DNA of 64,000 bases from positions 78,482 to 142,481 of the forward strand of contig CAIRHC010000007.1 of NCBI GenBank assembly GCA_903878275.1, given 5' to 3'. This document shows, piece by piece, positions 37,091-46,403 of this stretch. The notes below the pieces were generated by a model. It saw only the letters and a program-made list of their open reading frames with translations. It searched no databases and was not told the DNA's origin. The DNA comes from Candidatus Vogelbacteria bacterium (GTDB taxonomy: Bacteria > Patescibacteriota > Minisyncoccia > Phycocordibacterales > XYD1-FULL-46-19). How positions within the stretch are numbered: position 1 is the stretch's first letter; each line of letters begins with the position of its first letter. The translations under genes were made by a program, and so were the position numbers.

Positions 37091-39343
37091 TTATTCCCAA
37101 TGCGTCTCCTGTTTTTTGCTCGCCAACTTTTCGTTGAATTGCGGATAAGTTTTTAATTCGGGATCTTGGTCGATTATTTTTTCGGCTTCGGTTCTTGCCG
37201 CTTCAACCATTTTTAAATTTTTGATGGCTTCCATCCCGATGTCGGAAATGCCCCATTGTTTTTCTCCGGAGATGGTGCCGGAACCACGAAGAGCGAGATC
37301 GTGCTCGGCGAGCTCGAAACCGTTTTTGGCACTGACCAGAGCTTTTAATCGGCTCATCGATTTTTCATTTTTGGTTTCCGAAAAAATATAACAATAAGCT
37401 TGGTGATTGGAGCGAATGACGCGACCACGGAGCTGGTGAAGTTGTGCCAAGCCAAAACGTTCGGCACCTTCGATAATTATGATGGTGGCATTTGGTACAT
37501 TGACGCCGACTTCAATGACCGAGGTGGAGACGAGAATATTTATCTCGCCATCGGTAAATTGTTGCATCGTGTCCTCCTTGTCTTTTGGTTTTAATTTGCT
37601 GTGCATTACTTCAACCACGAATTCGGGAAAAACTTTATCTTGCAGGCGAATCGTCTCGGCTTTGGCGGATTTGGCTTGAACTGCCATTTCTTTTTCGGGG
37701 TCTGGTTCGTCAATGCGAGGGCAAATGACATAAGCTTGGCGACCAGCTTTTAATTCGGTGCGAATGTGCTCATAAGCTTCGTCGCGTTTGTCTGGCGGTA
37801 TAATTTTAGTAATGACGGGTTTTCGTCCGGCGGGCATTTGATCAAGTAAGGTCAAATCAAGGTCGCCAAAAACGGTGAGGGCGAGAGTGCGCGGAATTGG
37901 AGTGGCGGTCATCGAAAGTAGGTGAGGGAGTGGCTCCGGTTTGTTTTTGCCTGCACGAACGCCACTGGCGGGCGGGTCGCTGGTTCGACGGACAAGTTTG
38001 GCTCTCTGCATTACACCGAATCTGTGCTGTTCGTCGATAATTGCCAGACCGAGTTTTTTGAATTTAACCTTTTTTTGAATGAGCGCGTGGGTGCCGACGA
38101 GAATAGGGATTTCACCATTGGCGACCCATTTTAATAATGTGGTGCGAGAAATGTGGGTGGAATCGTGCGGGTCGATTTTTGAAGGAAATTTTTTACATTC
38201 TTTGCCGGTGATTAGCCCGATTTGAATATTCATATGCTCGAAATATTTTATAAATGATTCAAAATGTTGACGGGCGAGAATTTCGGTCGGTGCCATATAT
38301 GAGACTTCCAGACCGGCTTTGACCATCGCAAAAGTGGTGGCGGCGGCGACCATCGTCTTGCCCGAGCCGACATCGCCTTCGAGGAGGCGAACCATTGGTT
38401 TGTCGTCGGCAAAATCGGCTAAAATAATATCAATGGCTTTGGTTTGGGCGTCGGTCGGTTTAAAGGGAAAGCGATCAAGAAATTCTTTTAAATCTTTGCG
38501 ACCTAGTTTGGTTTTGAAGCTTGGGTTGCTTTGATAAATTTTCTTGTCCCGCAAACGAGCGAGTTGGATAAAAAAAACTTCTTCAAAAGCGAAACGTTTG
38601 CGAGCGGAAATAGAATCTTCTACTTTTTTTGGCAAATGAATCCAAACCAGCGCGGTTTTTAGCGACGGCAAATTATATTTTTTTAAAATTTCAGGTGGAA
38701 TCGGGTCAGTTATTTTGTCGTGCAGGTTGTTGCTAATTAATTTTTTGATGTGATAGTAAAACCAACCAGAAGAAATGCCTCGGGTTTCGGGATAGACTGG
38801 GATTAAAAAATTGTCGAGGTTGTTGCCGGAATCGCCTTCATAAAAAAGTGATTCTTTTTGGGCTTGCCAGCCAAGCGTGTCGCGGACTTCGGGGTTGGTG
38901 ATGTAGAGCTCGCCAGTTGGTGAAGACTTGGATGGCTCGCTGGTGCCCGCCGGCGACTTGTCGCCGGCGGGATGGTTCTTTCTTTTTTGCGACACTTTTC
39001 CGCGAAACTCGGCAAATTGTCCCTCGGCAATTTTTTTGGCGAGATATGGTTGATGAAACCAAACGATTTTTATTCGTCCGGTTTCATCTTCGACCACGGC
39101 TTCACCCATTGGAATTTTACTGCGGAAGCCTTTTTTGGTTTGAGCAGAAATAACTTTGCCGTAAATTACCACTTCATCGCCAGCTTTTAGGTCGGCAATT
39201 TTTTGGCGGTTGCCACTTTGTTCGTAACGGCTCGGCAAACACAAAAGCAAATCAGCCAAAGTTTCAACCTTTAGTTTTTTTAAGGCAACTTTTTGCAGGG
39301 GATTAAGTCGGAAGACTCGATCGATGTTGTCTTGAAGTTCCAT
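37091..39343 (-). CDS. recG: ATP-dependent DNA helicase RecG
   Basis: GDVGSGKT, APTEILARQH, DEQHRFG, TATPIPRTL, QLHQLRGRV; ATG 39343. Confidence 0.98.
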   Translation of the reverse strand: MELQDNIDRVFRLNPLQKVALKKLKVETLADLLLCLPSRYEQSGNRQKIADLKAGDEVVIYGKVISAQTKKGFRSKIPMGEAVVEDETGRIKIVWFHQPYLAKKIAEGQFAEFRGKVSQKRKNHPAGDKSPAGTSEPSKSSPTGELYITNPEVRDTLGWQAQKESLFYEGDSGNNLDNFLIPVYPETRGISSGWFYYHIKKLISNNLHDKITDPIPPEILKKYNLPSLKTALVWIHLPKKVEDSISARKRFAFEEVFFIQLARLRDKKIYQSNPSFKTKLGRKDLKEFLDRFPFKPTDAQTKAIDIILADFADDKPMVRLLEGDVGSGKTMVAAATTFAMVKAGLEVSYMAPTEILARQHFESFIKYFEHMNIQIGLITGKECKKFPSKIDPHDSTHISRTTLLKWVANGEIPILVGTHALIQKKVKFKKLGLAIIDEQHRFGVMQRAKLVRRTSDPPASGVRAGKNKPEPLPHLLSMTATPIPRTLALTVFGDLDLTLLDQMPAGRKPVITKIIPPDKRDEAYEHIRTELKAGRQAYVICPRIDEPDPEKEMAVQAKSAKAETIRLQDKVFPEFVVEVMHSKLKPKDKEDTMQQFTDGEINILVSTSVIEVGVNVPNATIIIIEGAERFGLAQLHQLRGRVIRSNHQAYCYIFSETKNEKSMSRLKALVSAKNGFELAEHDLALRGSGTISGEKQWGISDIGMEAIKNLKMVEAARTEAEKIIDQDPELKTYPQFNEKLASKKQETHWE

Positions 39344-39365
39344 CAAAACATTATAGCAAAACAGA

Positions 39366-39400
39366 AAAAAACCGCCCCGTCCTTTGGCGGGGCGGTTTTT
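39366..39400. terminator. terminator of the 39407 gene
   Basis: AAAAACCGCCCCG-TCCTTTGG-CGGGGCGGTTTTT. Confidence 0.75.
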
Positions 39401-39406
39401 AAAGTT

Positions 39407-39598
39407 TTAGCCTCCAACCTCGTTACTTATTGACGTGCCAGCGGGAATGTTTGGTTCACCCGTCGGGACAACCGTGGTTGTGGTAGGAATGATCGCTGGA
39501 GCTTCTGGAGCTTGAGCCGTATTTTTACTTGCAAAAAACCAAACTCCACTTGCGATAATAATGATAACGATAATTCCAATGATGTAGTTCTTATTCAT
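39407..39598 (-). CDS. small membrane-anchored protein
   Basis: N-terminal TM, Pro/Thr-rich tail. Confidence 0.6.
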   Translation of the reverse strand: MNKNYIIGIIVIIIIASGVWFFASKNTAQAPEAPAIIPTTTTVVPTGEPNIPAGTSISNEVGG

Positions 39599-39805
39599 AA
39601 TGTTTTATTTTAATAATATTTTTTTTAAATTTATTGTGGCTGACCAGGTCTTTCATTACATGGCCATAGCCCATTACAATCCTGTGCTCTTTTTGTTTTG
39701 ACAAAAAATAATACTGCGAAGGTCGATACTAGTAAAATAATAACAATTGCAATAATTAAATAAATTCTTTTCATATCTTCTAAATTTGTTTTGTTGTCGT
39801 TGTTG

Positions 39806-40009
39806 GGCAGGGATTTACCCTAAAGGGTATGAACTTCTCATCTCCGGCCTTCCGAGCAGAAGCCCAAAATTTGATAAAGAATTATCAAATTTTAAATTTT
39901 GCGGAGAGGCAGGGATTTACCCTAAAGGGTATAAACTTCTCATCTCCAGCCTTCCGTGCAGAAATTTAAAATCCGATACAAAAGTATCAAATTTTAAATT
40001 TTGCGGAGA
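39806..40009. repeat. two 102-bp tandem units, each containing the tRNA-Ser 3' end
   Basis: GGCAGGGATT at 39806, 39908 and 40010; TTTGCGGAGAGGCAGGGATT twice. Confidence 0.85.
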
Positions 40010-40092
40010 GGCAGGGATTCGAACCCTGGAACCGATTTTACTCGGTTAACACATTAGCAGTGTGCCCCTTTCGGCCACTCAGGCACCTCTCC
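40004..40092 (-). tRNA. tRNA-Ser(GCU)
   Basis: GGAGAGG/CCTCTCC+G; anticodon loop CT GCT AA; long variable arm; GGTTCGAATCC. Confidence 0.93.
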
Positions 40093-40179
40093 GTGATTAT
40101 TTAATTCTAGTCTAACCTTTAGACTTTATCACAATTTTGTATCTATGCCAAATGAGATTTTGGTGGTATATTTTAAACA

Positions 40180-40713
40180 ATGAATCAGAAAAATATTATT
40201 TTTAGCTTTATTATTTTGTCGCTTATTTTGATGGTAAGCTTTTTGGCCCTTAAATTTATTTCCCCTGCTTCACCTGTTGGTTTACCAAATCCCGCTTCGG
40301 TCAATTGTGAAGAAGTCGGTGGGACATTGGAAATTCGCACCGATTCAAATGGCGGGCAAACCGGCTATTGCACTTTGCCCGATAAAACTGTTTGTGAAGA
40401 ATGGGCGCTTTTGCGGAATGAATGTCGTCCTGCAAAGTGTGTTGATTGTGGCGTAGGTGGTTGGCAAAAAATGAGCGAAGTCTGTGTCCAACCTGTCCCT
40501 ACTAAAAACGACGCCAGAGGTTGTTTTATTAATTTTAGTTGGTCATCCGTTACCTCAACCACAAACATTGATGAAATAAAAGACGGATATATTGAAATAG
40601 GTGGCTTGGAAGTTCTTAAAAATCCAACCATCAAATCAATAAAAGTTTTTATTTATCATCAATGGGCGATTGACGAAGAAGGGAACCTGTATCTGTTGGG
40701 ACAGTTGGGATAG
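40180..40713 (+). CDS. DUF333-domain membrane-anchored protein
   Basis: NPASVNCEEVGG...GYCTLPDKTVCEEWAL. Confidence 0.85.
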   Translation: MNQKNIIFSFIILSLILMVSFLALKFISPASPVGLPNPASVNCEEVGGTLEIRTDSNGGQTGYCTLPDKTVCEEWALLRNECRPAKCVDCGVGGWQKMSEVCVQPVPTKNDARGCFINFSWSSVTSTTNIDEIKDGYIEIGGLEVLKNPTIKSIKVFIYHQWAIDEEGNLYLLGQLG

Positions 40714-40847
40714 AAGATAAAAATTTGAAATCAAATTGGGTATAATTAATCAATGCGAAATTAAAAGAAAGAGGATCGCCCTTGTATTCAGCTGATTATT
40801 AAAAAATTAGGTTTGGTTTCGATATCTTATTTGTTATTATTTAGTGG

Positions 40848-42194
40848 ATGGATAAAAACAATAAAATGGTCGCTTGGTTTTTGTTGCTTGGTGTCAACAG
40901 CTTGCCTTTGTTGATCTGGCTTTTTATGGCACCTTGGTCAGAGCGGTTTGGTGGCTTCTGGCAAATTTTGACGAGCCTAGGGCAAATCTCGGCTTTGCTT
41001 GGTTTTTCTTTGATGGCGACGACGATAATTTTGACGGCACGTTTTCGCTGGCTGGAAAAAAATCTGCGTGGTTTGAATCGGGTTTTTATCAATCATCATT
41101 TGCTTGGCTCACTGTCTTTTATTTTGTTACTGTTTCATCCGCTGGTTTTGGCGATTCGTTATTTGTCGCTATCTATTAATAGTGCCGCGATTTTCCTTTT
41201 GCCAAGTTTAATTTTTTGGCAACGGACTCTCGGTACAATATCGCTTGCCATAATGATACTTCTGCTCATTATTACTTTTTATCTTGGCTGGCGTTATCAC
41301 CTTTGGAAATTTTCGCATCGTTTTTTGGTCTTGGCTTTTTTGATTGGCTTTTTACATACGGCTTTTATCGAAAGTGATGTTTCGCGAAATTTATTTTTGC
41401 GGTTTTATCTATTATCGCTTGGCGGTATTACTTTGATTGCCTATGCTTGGCGTTTGGCGGTGGAATTTGGCGGAATTGGCAAGAAAAAATATGTCATTTC
41501 AAATTTGCAGGAGGTTATCACGAATGTTTGGGAAGTGAGTTTGCGACCAAAAGGTGAAATTCTAAACTATCAAGCTGGTCAATTTGCTTTTTTATCGTTC
41601 ATTCAAGCGGGAATAAAAAGCGAAGAACATCCTTTTTCTTTCACTTCGGCGCCGGGTGAGTCGGAATTAAAATTTGTTATTAAAAATTTGGGGGATTTTA
41701 CTAGTCGATTAGGTGAATTAAAAGTGGGCGCCGAAGTTTTGGTGGAGGGTCCTTATGGTGTTTTTGGGCAGAGATTGGAAGATGCCGGCAGAATTTCTGC
41801 CGAAGCAGAAATTCTGCCGGCGGGTCAAACCTCCGAAATCTGGATCGCTGGCGGAGTTGGCATCACACCATTTATCAGTCTGGCGAAAGATTTAAAAAAC
41901 AATAATCGCCAGGTAGATTTGTATGTTGTTGCGAGATCAGAGAAAGAGGCGATTGGCATTGTCGAACTTAAACAAATTGCTCAAATGGCACCAAATCTCA
42001 AACTAATTCCGTATTATGATGATAGCGGTCAAGGTTTTTTGTCGGCTGATAAGGTTGAACAATTAAGTGGTTCGCCGCTTGGTCGCCAAATTTATATTTG
42101 TGGTCCGGCGCCAATGATGCGCTCACTTAAAACCCAATTTATTAATAAAGGTGTTGATACTAAAAATATTCATACCGAAGAATTTAGCTTGTAA
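40848..42194 (+). CDS. ferric-reductase-like TM domain fused to an FAD/NAD(P)H-binding oxidoreductase
   Basis: TM His pairs (HH..H, H..H), HPFSF, GDFT, EGPYG, IAGGVGITPF, ICGP, EEF. Confidence 0.9.
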   Translation: MDKNNKMVAWFLLLGVNSLPLLIWLFMAPWSERFGGFWQILTSLGQISALLGFSLMATTIILTARFRWLEKNLRGLNRVFINHHLLGSLSFILLLFHPLVLAIRYLSLSINSAAIFLLPSLIFWQRTLGTISLAIMILLLIITFYLGWRYHLWKFSHRFLVLAFLIGFLHTAFIESDVSRNLFLRFYLLSLGGITLIAYAWRLAVEFGGIGKKKYVISNLQEVITNVWEVSLRPKGEILNYQAGQFAFLSFIQAGIKSEEHPFSFTSAPGESELKFVIKNLGDFTSRLGELKVGAEVLVEGPYGVFGQRLEDAGRISAEAEILPAGQTSEIWIAGGVGITPFISLAKDLKNNNRQVDLYVVARSEKEAIGIVELKQIAQMAPNLKLIPYYDDSGQGFLSADKVEQLSGSPLGRQIYICGPAPMMRSLKTQFINKGVDTKNIHTEEFSL

Positions 42195-42199
42195 CCAAT

Positions 42200-42739
42200 A
42201 TGAAAAAATATATTTCTATTTCTTTATTTGTATTTTTTTTAATTATTACCGTAATTTTGGTTTGTGGATTAGTTTTTAACGGACAAACTGGTCAAAATGT
42301 TCAATATACAGCGACAAGTTCGGTTTCGGTGGCTACCCCTTCAGCTGTGTCTGGCGGCACACCAGCCAATCCGACAATCAAACCGACAACAAAAGTTTTA
42401 GATATGAACGAAGTGGCGAAACACAATCAGGCTTCAGATTGTTGGCAGGTGATTGGTGGTAATGTCTATGATTTCTCGCCTTACTTAGCACAACATCCGG
42501 GCGGTGAGCGAGCGATGGTTCCATATTGTGGTCAAGAGGCGACACAAGCTTATGATTCAAAGGGCGGGCGAGGGCAAGGTCATTCGTCTCGAGCCAAAAG
42601 TGAATTGTCCAGCTTTCTTGTTGGTCCGCTTGGTCAAACGGTTTCCGTTTCGCAAAATCCAGTTGCCCCGGTGGTTTCACCGCAAGTCCAAAACTCAAAT
42701 ACCAGCAGTAGATTTTTCGGAAATAGGGAAGACGACTAG
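42200..42739 (+). CDS. membrane-anchored cytochrome b5-like heme-binding protein
   Basis: EVAKHN..DCW..VYD..HPGG..GQEAT..GHS. Confidence 0.9.
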   Translation: MKKYISISLFVFFLIITVILVCGLVFNGQTGQNVQYTATSSVSVATPSAVSGGTPANPTIKPTTKVLDMNEVAKHNQASDCWQVIGGNVYDFSPYLAQHPGGERAMVPYCGQEATQAYDSKGGRGQGHSSRAKSELSSFLVGPLGQTVSVSQNPVAPVVSPQVQNSNTSSRFFGNREDD

Positions 42740-42740
42740 A

Positions 42741-43445
42741 TTAGCCATGCGCCCAAGTGAGACCAAAAACTTGCTTCGCGCCGGATTTTTTCAATACTTT
42801 GCGAATTTCTTCGATGGTCGCACCAGTGGTGCAAATGTCGTCGATAACAATTATGGTTTTGTTTTTAAGGCGCTTTTTGTGCTGGGCACAAAAAGCGCCT
42901 TTTAAATTATCTAAACGCTCGCGACGGTTTCGCATTGACACTTGTGGCGGTGTCTCTTTTGTTTTTACCACCAAATTTGTTTCTAAACTAAAATTTTTTG
43001 GATCAAAATCTGTAAAATGCCTAGCAATTTCTTCGGCCTGATTAAAACCGCGTTGGTGTAAACGTTTTTTCGCTAGCGGTGCTGGTATCACCAAGATTTT
43101 TTCTTTATTTTGATTAAACAAAACTTCGTCGGCAAGCTCATTTAGCGCCAATTCGTACATCGGACGTGCCATTATTTGTGCCAGATCTTTAATGCCACGA
43201 TATTTTAACAACCAAACCACTTGTTTGGTTGTCGGATTTTTGTAATTAAATACCGAAAAAATTTCGTCAGAAATTTTTTCGGTATTAATTGGTAAACTTG
43301 CCAAACAATTATCACACAAAAAAGTTTCAGCTTGTTTACAACCAGCACAATGAGGTAAAAAAATCAGCGTAATTAGTTTGCGAAAGAAAACAAAAATAAA
43401 AAAATTTTGCCAGAAATCTTTTTGTGGATAAGTCGTCTTTTTCAT
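42741..43445 (-). CDS. comF: ComF-family competence phosphoribosyltransferase
   Basis: CxxC..CxxC, RGFNQA, IDDICTTGAT; exact start uncertain. Confidence 0.93.
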   Translation of the reverse strand: MKKTTYPQKDFWQNFFIFVFFRKLITLIFLPHCAGCKQAETFLCDNCLASLPINTEKISDEIFSVFNYKNPTTKQVVWLLKYRGIKDLAQIMARPMYELALNELADEVLFNQNKEKILVIPAPLAKKRLHQRGFNQAEEIARHFTDFDPKNFSLETNLVVKTKETPPQVSMRNRRERLDNLKGAFCAQHKKRLKNKTIIVIDDICTTGATIEEIRKVLKKSGAKQVFGLTWAHG

Positions 43446-43476
43446 TTGCTATTTTTTAATCTACATATGATATAAT
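43423..43476 (+). promoter_or_regulatory. perfect DnaA box plus extended -10 upstream of pilM
   Basis: TGTGGATAA 43423-43431; TG-A-TATAAT 43468-43476. Confidence 0.6.
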
Positions 43477-43515
43477 AAAAGTTGAATTAAATTAAGTTTT
43501 CAAACTTAAATATTT

Positions 43516-44673
43516 ATGAGTATTCTCGATAGCGTATCAAAAATAGTCAAAGACAATTTTGGCAAAAAAGAAAAAAGCGTTGTCGCCATTGACTTCGGTA
43601 TTTCTTCGGTGAAAGTTATTCAACTTCGAAATGAAAAAGGTTTAGCGGTTTTGGAGACTTACGGCGAGTTGGCTTGTGGTCCATATGGCGATTTGGCTGT
43701 CGGGCAATCTTCAAATTTACCACCAGAAAAAATATTTGAGCTGGTCAGTGATTTATTTCGCGAGGCAAATATTACCGCCAAGGTTGGAGCGATTGCGGTG
43801 CCTTCGCGTACGAGCCTGATTGTCTCAATTGGAATTCCGGAAATGGAAGAAAGCAAATTGGCAGAAGTTGTCCCGATTGAAGCCCGAAAATATATTCCGG
43901 TACCAATTTCGGAAGTGATTCTTGATTGGTGGGTTGTTCCGAAAAATGCTCAAGAAAACGAAGCCGAAAAAAATCGAAAAGTTGAAGCTGGCGGTCAAGA
44001 CGGCACTAGTGCCGACCAAAAATATGGCAAAAAAGTTGAGGTCTTGATCGCGTCGATTCACAAAGATGTTATCCGCGCTTATCAAGATTTGAGTACTAAG
44101 CTCGGTTTGGAAGTTGATTCGTTTGAAATTGAGACCTTCAGTGCCATCCGGGCGGTCATGCCAAATGATCTTTCTGCGACCGTGATCTTTGATATTGGTG
44201 CTGGTACTTCAAAAATTTCTATCGTCGACTATGGTATTGTTCGACTTTCTCACACGATCAACAAAGGCTCACAAGATATTACGGTTTCTATTTCAAAATC
44301 CCTAAATATTCCGTTTGGCAAAGCCGAAGAAATAAAACGTCGTTACGGCTTAGTGGGAGATATTGAAAAAGGCGATCTGGTAGAGTCGATCAGTCCGACC
44401 GTAGAGTATATTTTTGCAGAAGCAAACAAAGTGATGCTGACTTACCAGAGAGAGCGAAGCCGAGCCGTGGACAAAATGATTCTGATCGGTGGCGGAGCGT
44501 TGCTCAAGGGTATTTTAGAAACAGCGAAAAGTATCGTGTCAGTGCCGGTCGTGGTCGGATTACCTTTTGATAAGGTAGAAACCCCGGCGTTTCTTAATAG
44601 TGTATTAAAAGAATCTGGGCCAGAATTTGCAGTGGCAATTGGTCTGGCTTTGCGAAAATTAGAAGACTTATAG
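43516..44673 (+). CDS. pilM: type IV pilus assembly protein PilM
   Basis: IDFGISSVK, EARKYIP, DIGAGTS, LIGGGA, AIGLALR. Confidence 0.95.
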   Translation: MSILDSVSKIVKDNFGKKEKSVVAIDFGISSVKVIQLRNEKGLAVLETYGELACGPYGDLAVGQSSNLPPEKIFELVSDLFREANITAKVGAIAVPSRTSLIVSIGIPEMEESKLAEVVPIEARKYIPVPISEVILDWWVVPKNAQENEAEKNRKVEAGGQDGTSADQKYGKKVEVLIASIHKDVIRAYQDLSTKLGLEVDSFEIETFSAIRAVMPNDLSATVIFDIGAGTSKISIVDYGIVRLSHTINKGSQDITVSISKSLNIPFGKAEEIKRRYGLVGDIEKGDLVESISPTVEYIFAEANKVMLTYQRERSRAVDKMILIGGGALLKGILETAKSIVSVPVVVGLPFDKVETPAFLNSVLKESGPEFAVAIGLALRKLEDL

Positions 44674-44697
44674 GTCGAAAATATAAGAAAATTTTTT

Positions 44698-45315
44698 ATG
44701 GAAAATAACTCATTTAAATCATTTATACCAAAACAAGCAATCGGCGATTCTCTAAAAAAGAAAAAACCGCCCATTGATTTGATCACTTACTCGGTCGTTA
44801 TTGTGTTTGTTTTATCGTTTGCGTATTTTGCGGGAATGTATGCCTATCGTTTTTATCTTTATGACAATATTAATCGTTCTTGTCCTGACAATAGTGCCTC
44901 CGTCGCTTCTTGTGGTTTGCTCGCGACACTAGAAAAAGAAAAACAGAATTTCAATTACGATGAAATGGCACACTTGAAGCGGATGGATACAAAATTAAAA
45001 GGCGGGGTCAGTATTCTAAATAACCACCAGACTTTGTTGCCATTTTTCTCGGCACTCGGAAAAATGACTTTAGCTAGCGTTCAGTACACCAGTTTTACTT
45101 TTGACAAAAATGGCATTACGCTCGAGGGTATCGCTCCAAATTATGAAGCTATTGCCAACCAGCAAAAAGTTTTTTCCGAGCAACAAAGTCAATACAAATT
45201 TGCCAGCTTTGTTTTCTCTGATTTCAAAATAAATCAAAACAATAAAGTCGCGTTTAAACTGGCTTTATCGGTCGACAAATCGTTATTATCATATACAAAT
45301 AACCAAGCCCAATAA
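44698..45315 (+). CDS. pilN: PilN-like protein
   Basis: N-terminal SFIPK plus one TM, ITLEG; follows pilM. Confidence 0.7.
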   Translation: MENNSFKSFIPKQAIGDSLKKKKPPIDLITYSVVIVFVLSFAYFAGMYAYRFYLYDNINRSCPDNSASVASCGLLATLEKEKQNFNYDEMAHLKRMDTKLKGGVSILNNHQTLLPFFSALGKMTLASVQYTSFTFDKNGITLEGIAPNYEAIANQQKVFSEQQSQYKFASFVFSDFKINQNNKVAFKLALSVDKSLLSYTNNQAQ

Positions 45316-45316
45316 T

Positions 45317-45919
45317 ATGACAAGATTATTCGTATCAATATTTCTCCTTATTACTTCTTTATCTCTCGTCTTTTATTTTGGAGCGATAATTAAAAATGGT
45401 AGTACCGATGCTTGGGCGCAGGGTTATCTTCTAAACAATTCCGACAAAGGCATCACTGGTTTGAAAGCCCAAGAGTTAGGCTTAAACGAAGCTTTAGGCA
45501 ATGCTCGAACCTTAAAAACAAAAATAAACGAATTGTCCAAGATCGAGCAAGCTATTCCCCAGCTTGATCGAGACAGGTTAGACAAGTTCATCCCTGACAG
45601 TATCGAAAACATCAATTTAATTATTGATATCAATACCATTGCGGTAAAGAATGGAATGATCATAAAAGATGTCCAATTCAAATCGACCGGCAATGAAAAA
45701 GCCGTCAGTGATGCGGCCGCCAAAGCGACAAATAGCGTCAAAATCGCCGAAACCGCCATTTCTTTTTCCGTGACTGGTGGCTATAAATCTTTTGCCGAAT
45801 TTCTAAAAGGTCTGTCTGATAGTATCCGCGTCACTGATGTTTCATCTTTGTCATTTAAGGTCGATGACAAAGGGCTAAATCAATACAATTTCGAGGTTAA
45901 AACTTACTGGGTAAAATAA
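45317..45919 (+). CDS. pilO: PilO-like protein
   Basis: One TM, coiled coil, FSVTGGY..F..FL...RVTDV. Confidence 0.8.
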   Translation: MTRLFVSIFLLITSLSLVFYFGAIIKNGSTDAWAQGYLLNNSDKGITGLKAQELGLNEALGNARTLKTKINELSKIEQAIPQLDRDRLDKFIPDSIENINLIIDINTIAVKNGMIIKDVQFKSTGNEKAVSDAAAKATNSVKIAETAISFSVTGGYKSFAEFLKGLSDSIRVTDVSSLSFKVDDKGLNQYNFEVKTYWVK

Positions 45920-45924
45920 AAAAT

Positions 45925-46362
45925 ATGGATTCAAAAAATATAAAAATAGGAGTGGTAGCAATTCTTCTTTTGGTCGTAGCTTATTTTGCTTATGGTTATA
46001 TTACTGGCGATTCGATTCCACCACCAGCTGGCGGGGTGACGGTTACTAGTGGCGAGGGGGCAAGTGTGGCTCAAGCTTCTGGTATTGATGATCCATTTTT
46101 TGATTTACTGTTGGGCTTAAACACTGTCACTTTGTCAGAAAAATCTCTTTTGTCTGATCCGATTTTCAAAGATAAAATGCAAGATTTTAGCCAACCTTTG
46201 CCAACACCGGAAATTGGTCGAGCCAATCCATTTTTACCGGTTGGTTCAACTACCTCGGCAACTGATGGCTATGGTTTCAATAATAACACCGCCACCACCA
46301 CTATCTCCACAATAAATACTAGTAGTACGACCAGTAGCACGACAAAACCATCGGGAATTTAG
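45925..46362 (+). CDS. membrane-anchored pilus-associated protein (PilP position)
   Basis: N-terminal TM, GRANPF motif. Confidence 0.6.
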   Translation: MDSKNIKIGVVAILLLVVAYFAYGYITGDSIPPPAGGVTVTSGEGASVAQASGIDDPFFDLLLGLNTVTLSEKSLLSDPIFKDKMQDFSQPLPTPEIGRANPFLPVGSTTSATDGYGFNNNTATTTISTINTSSTTSSTTKPSGI

Positions 46363-46403
46363 TTGAAAAAGTTTAAAAGTTTTTAGCGGACAAATTATTT
46401 CTT

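Noticed and set aside
43423-43431. Replication origin
   Set aside because: DnaA-like boxes are dispersed singly or in pairs at promoters; no dense cluster and no dnaA/dnaN nearby.
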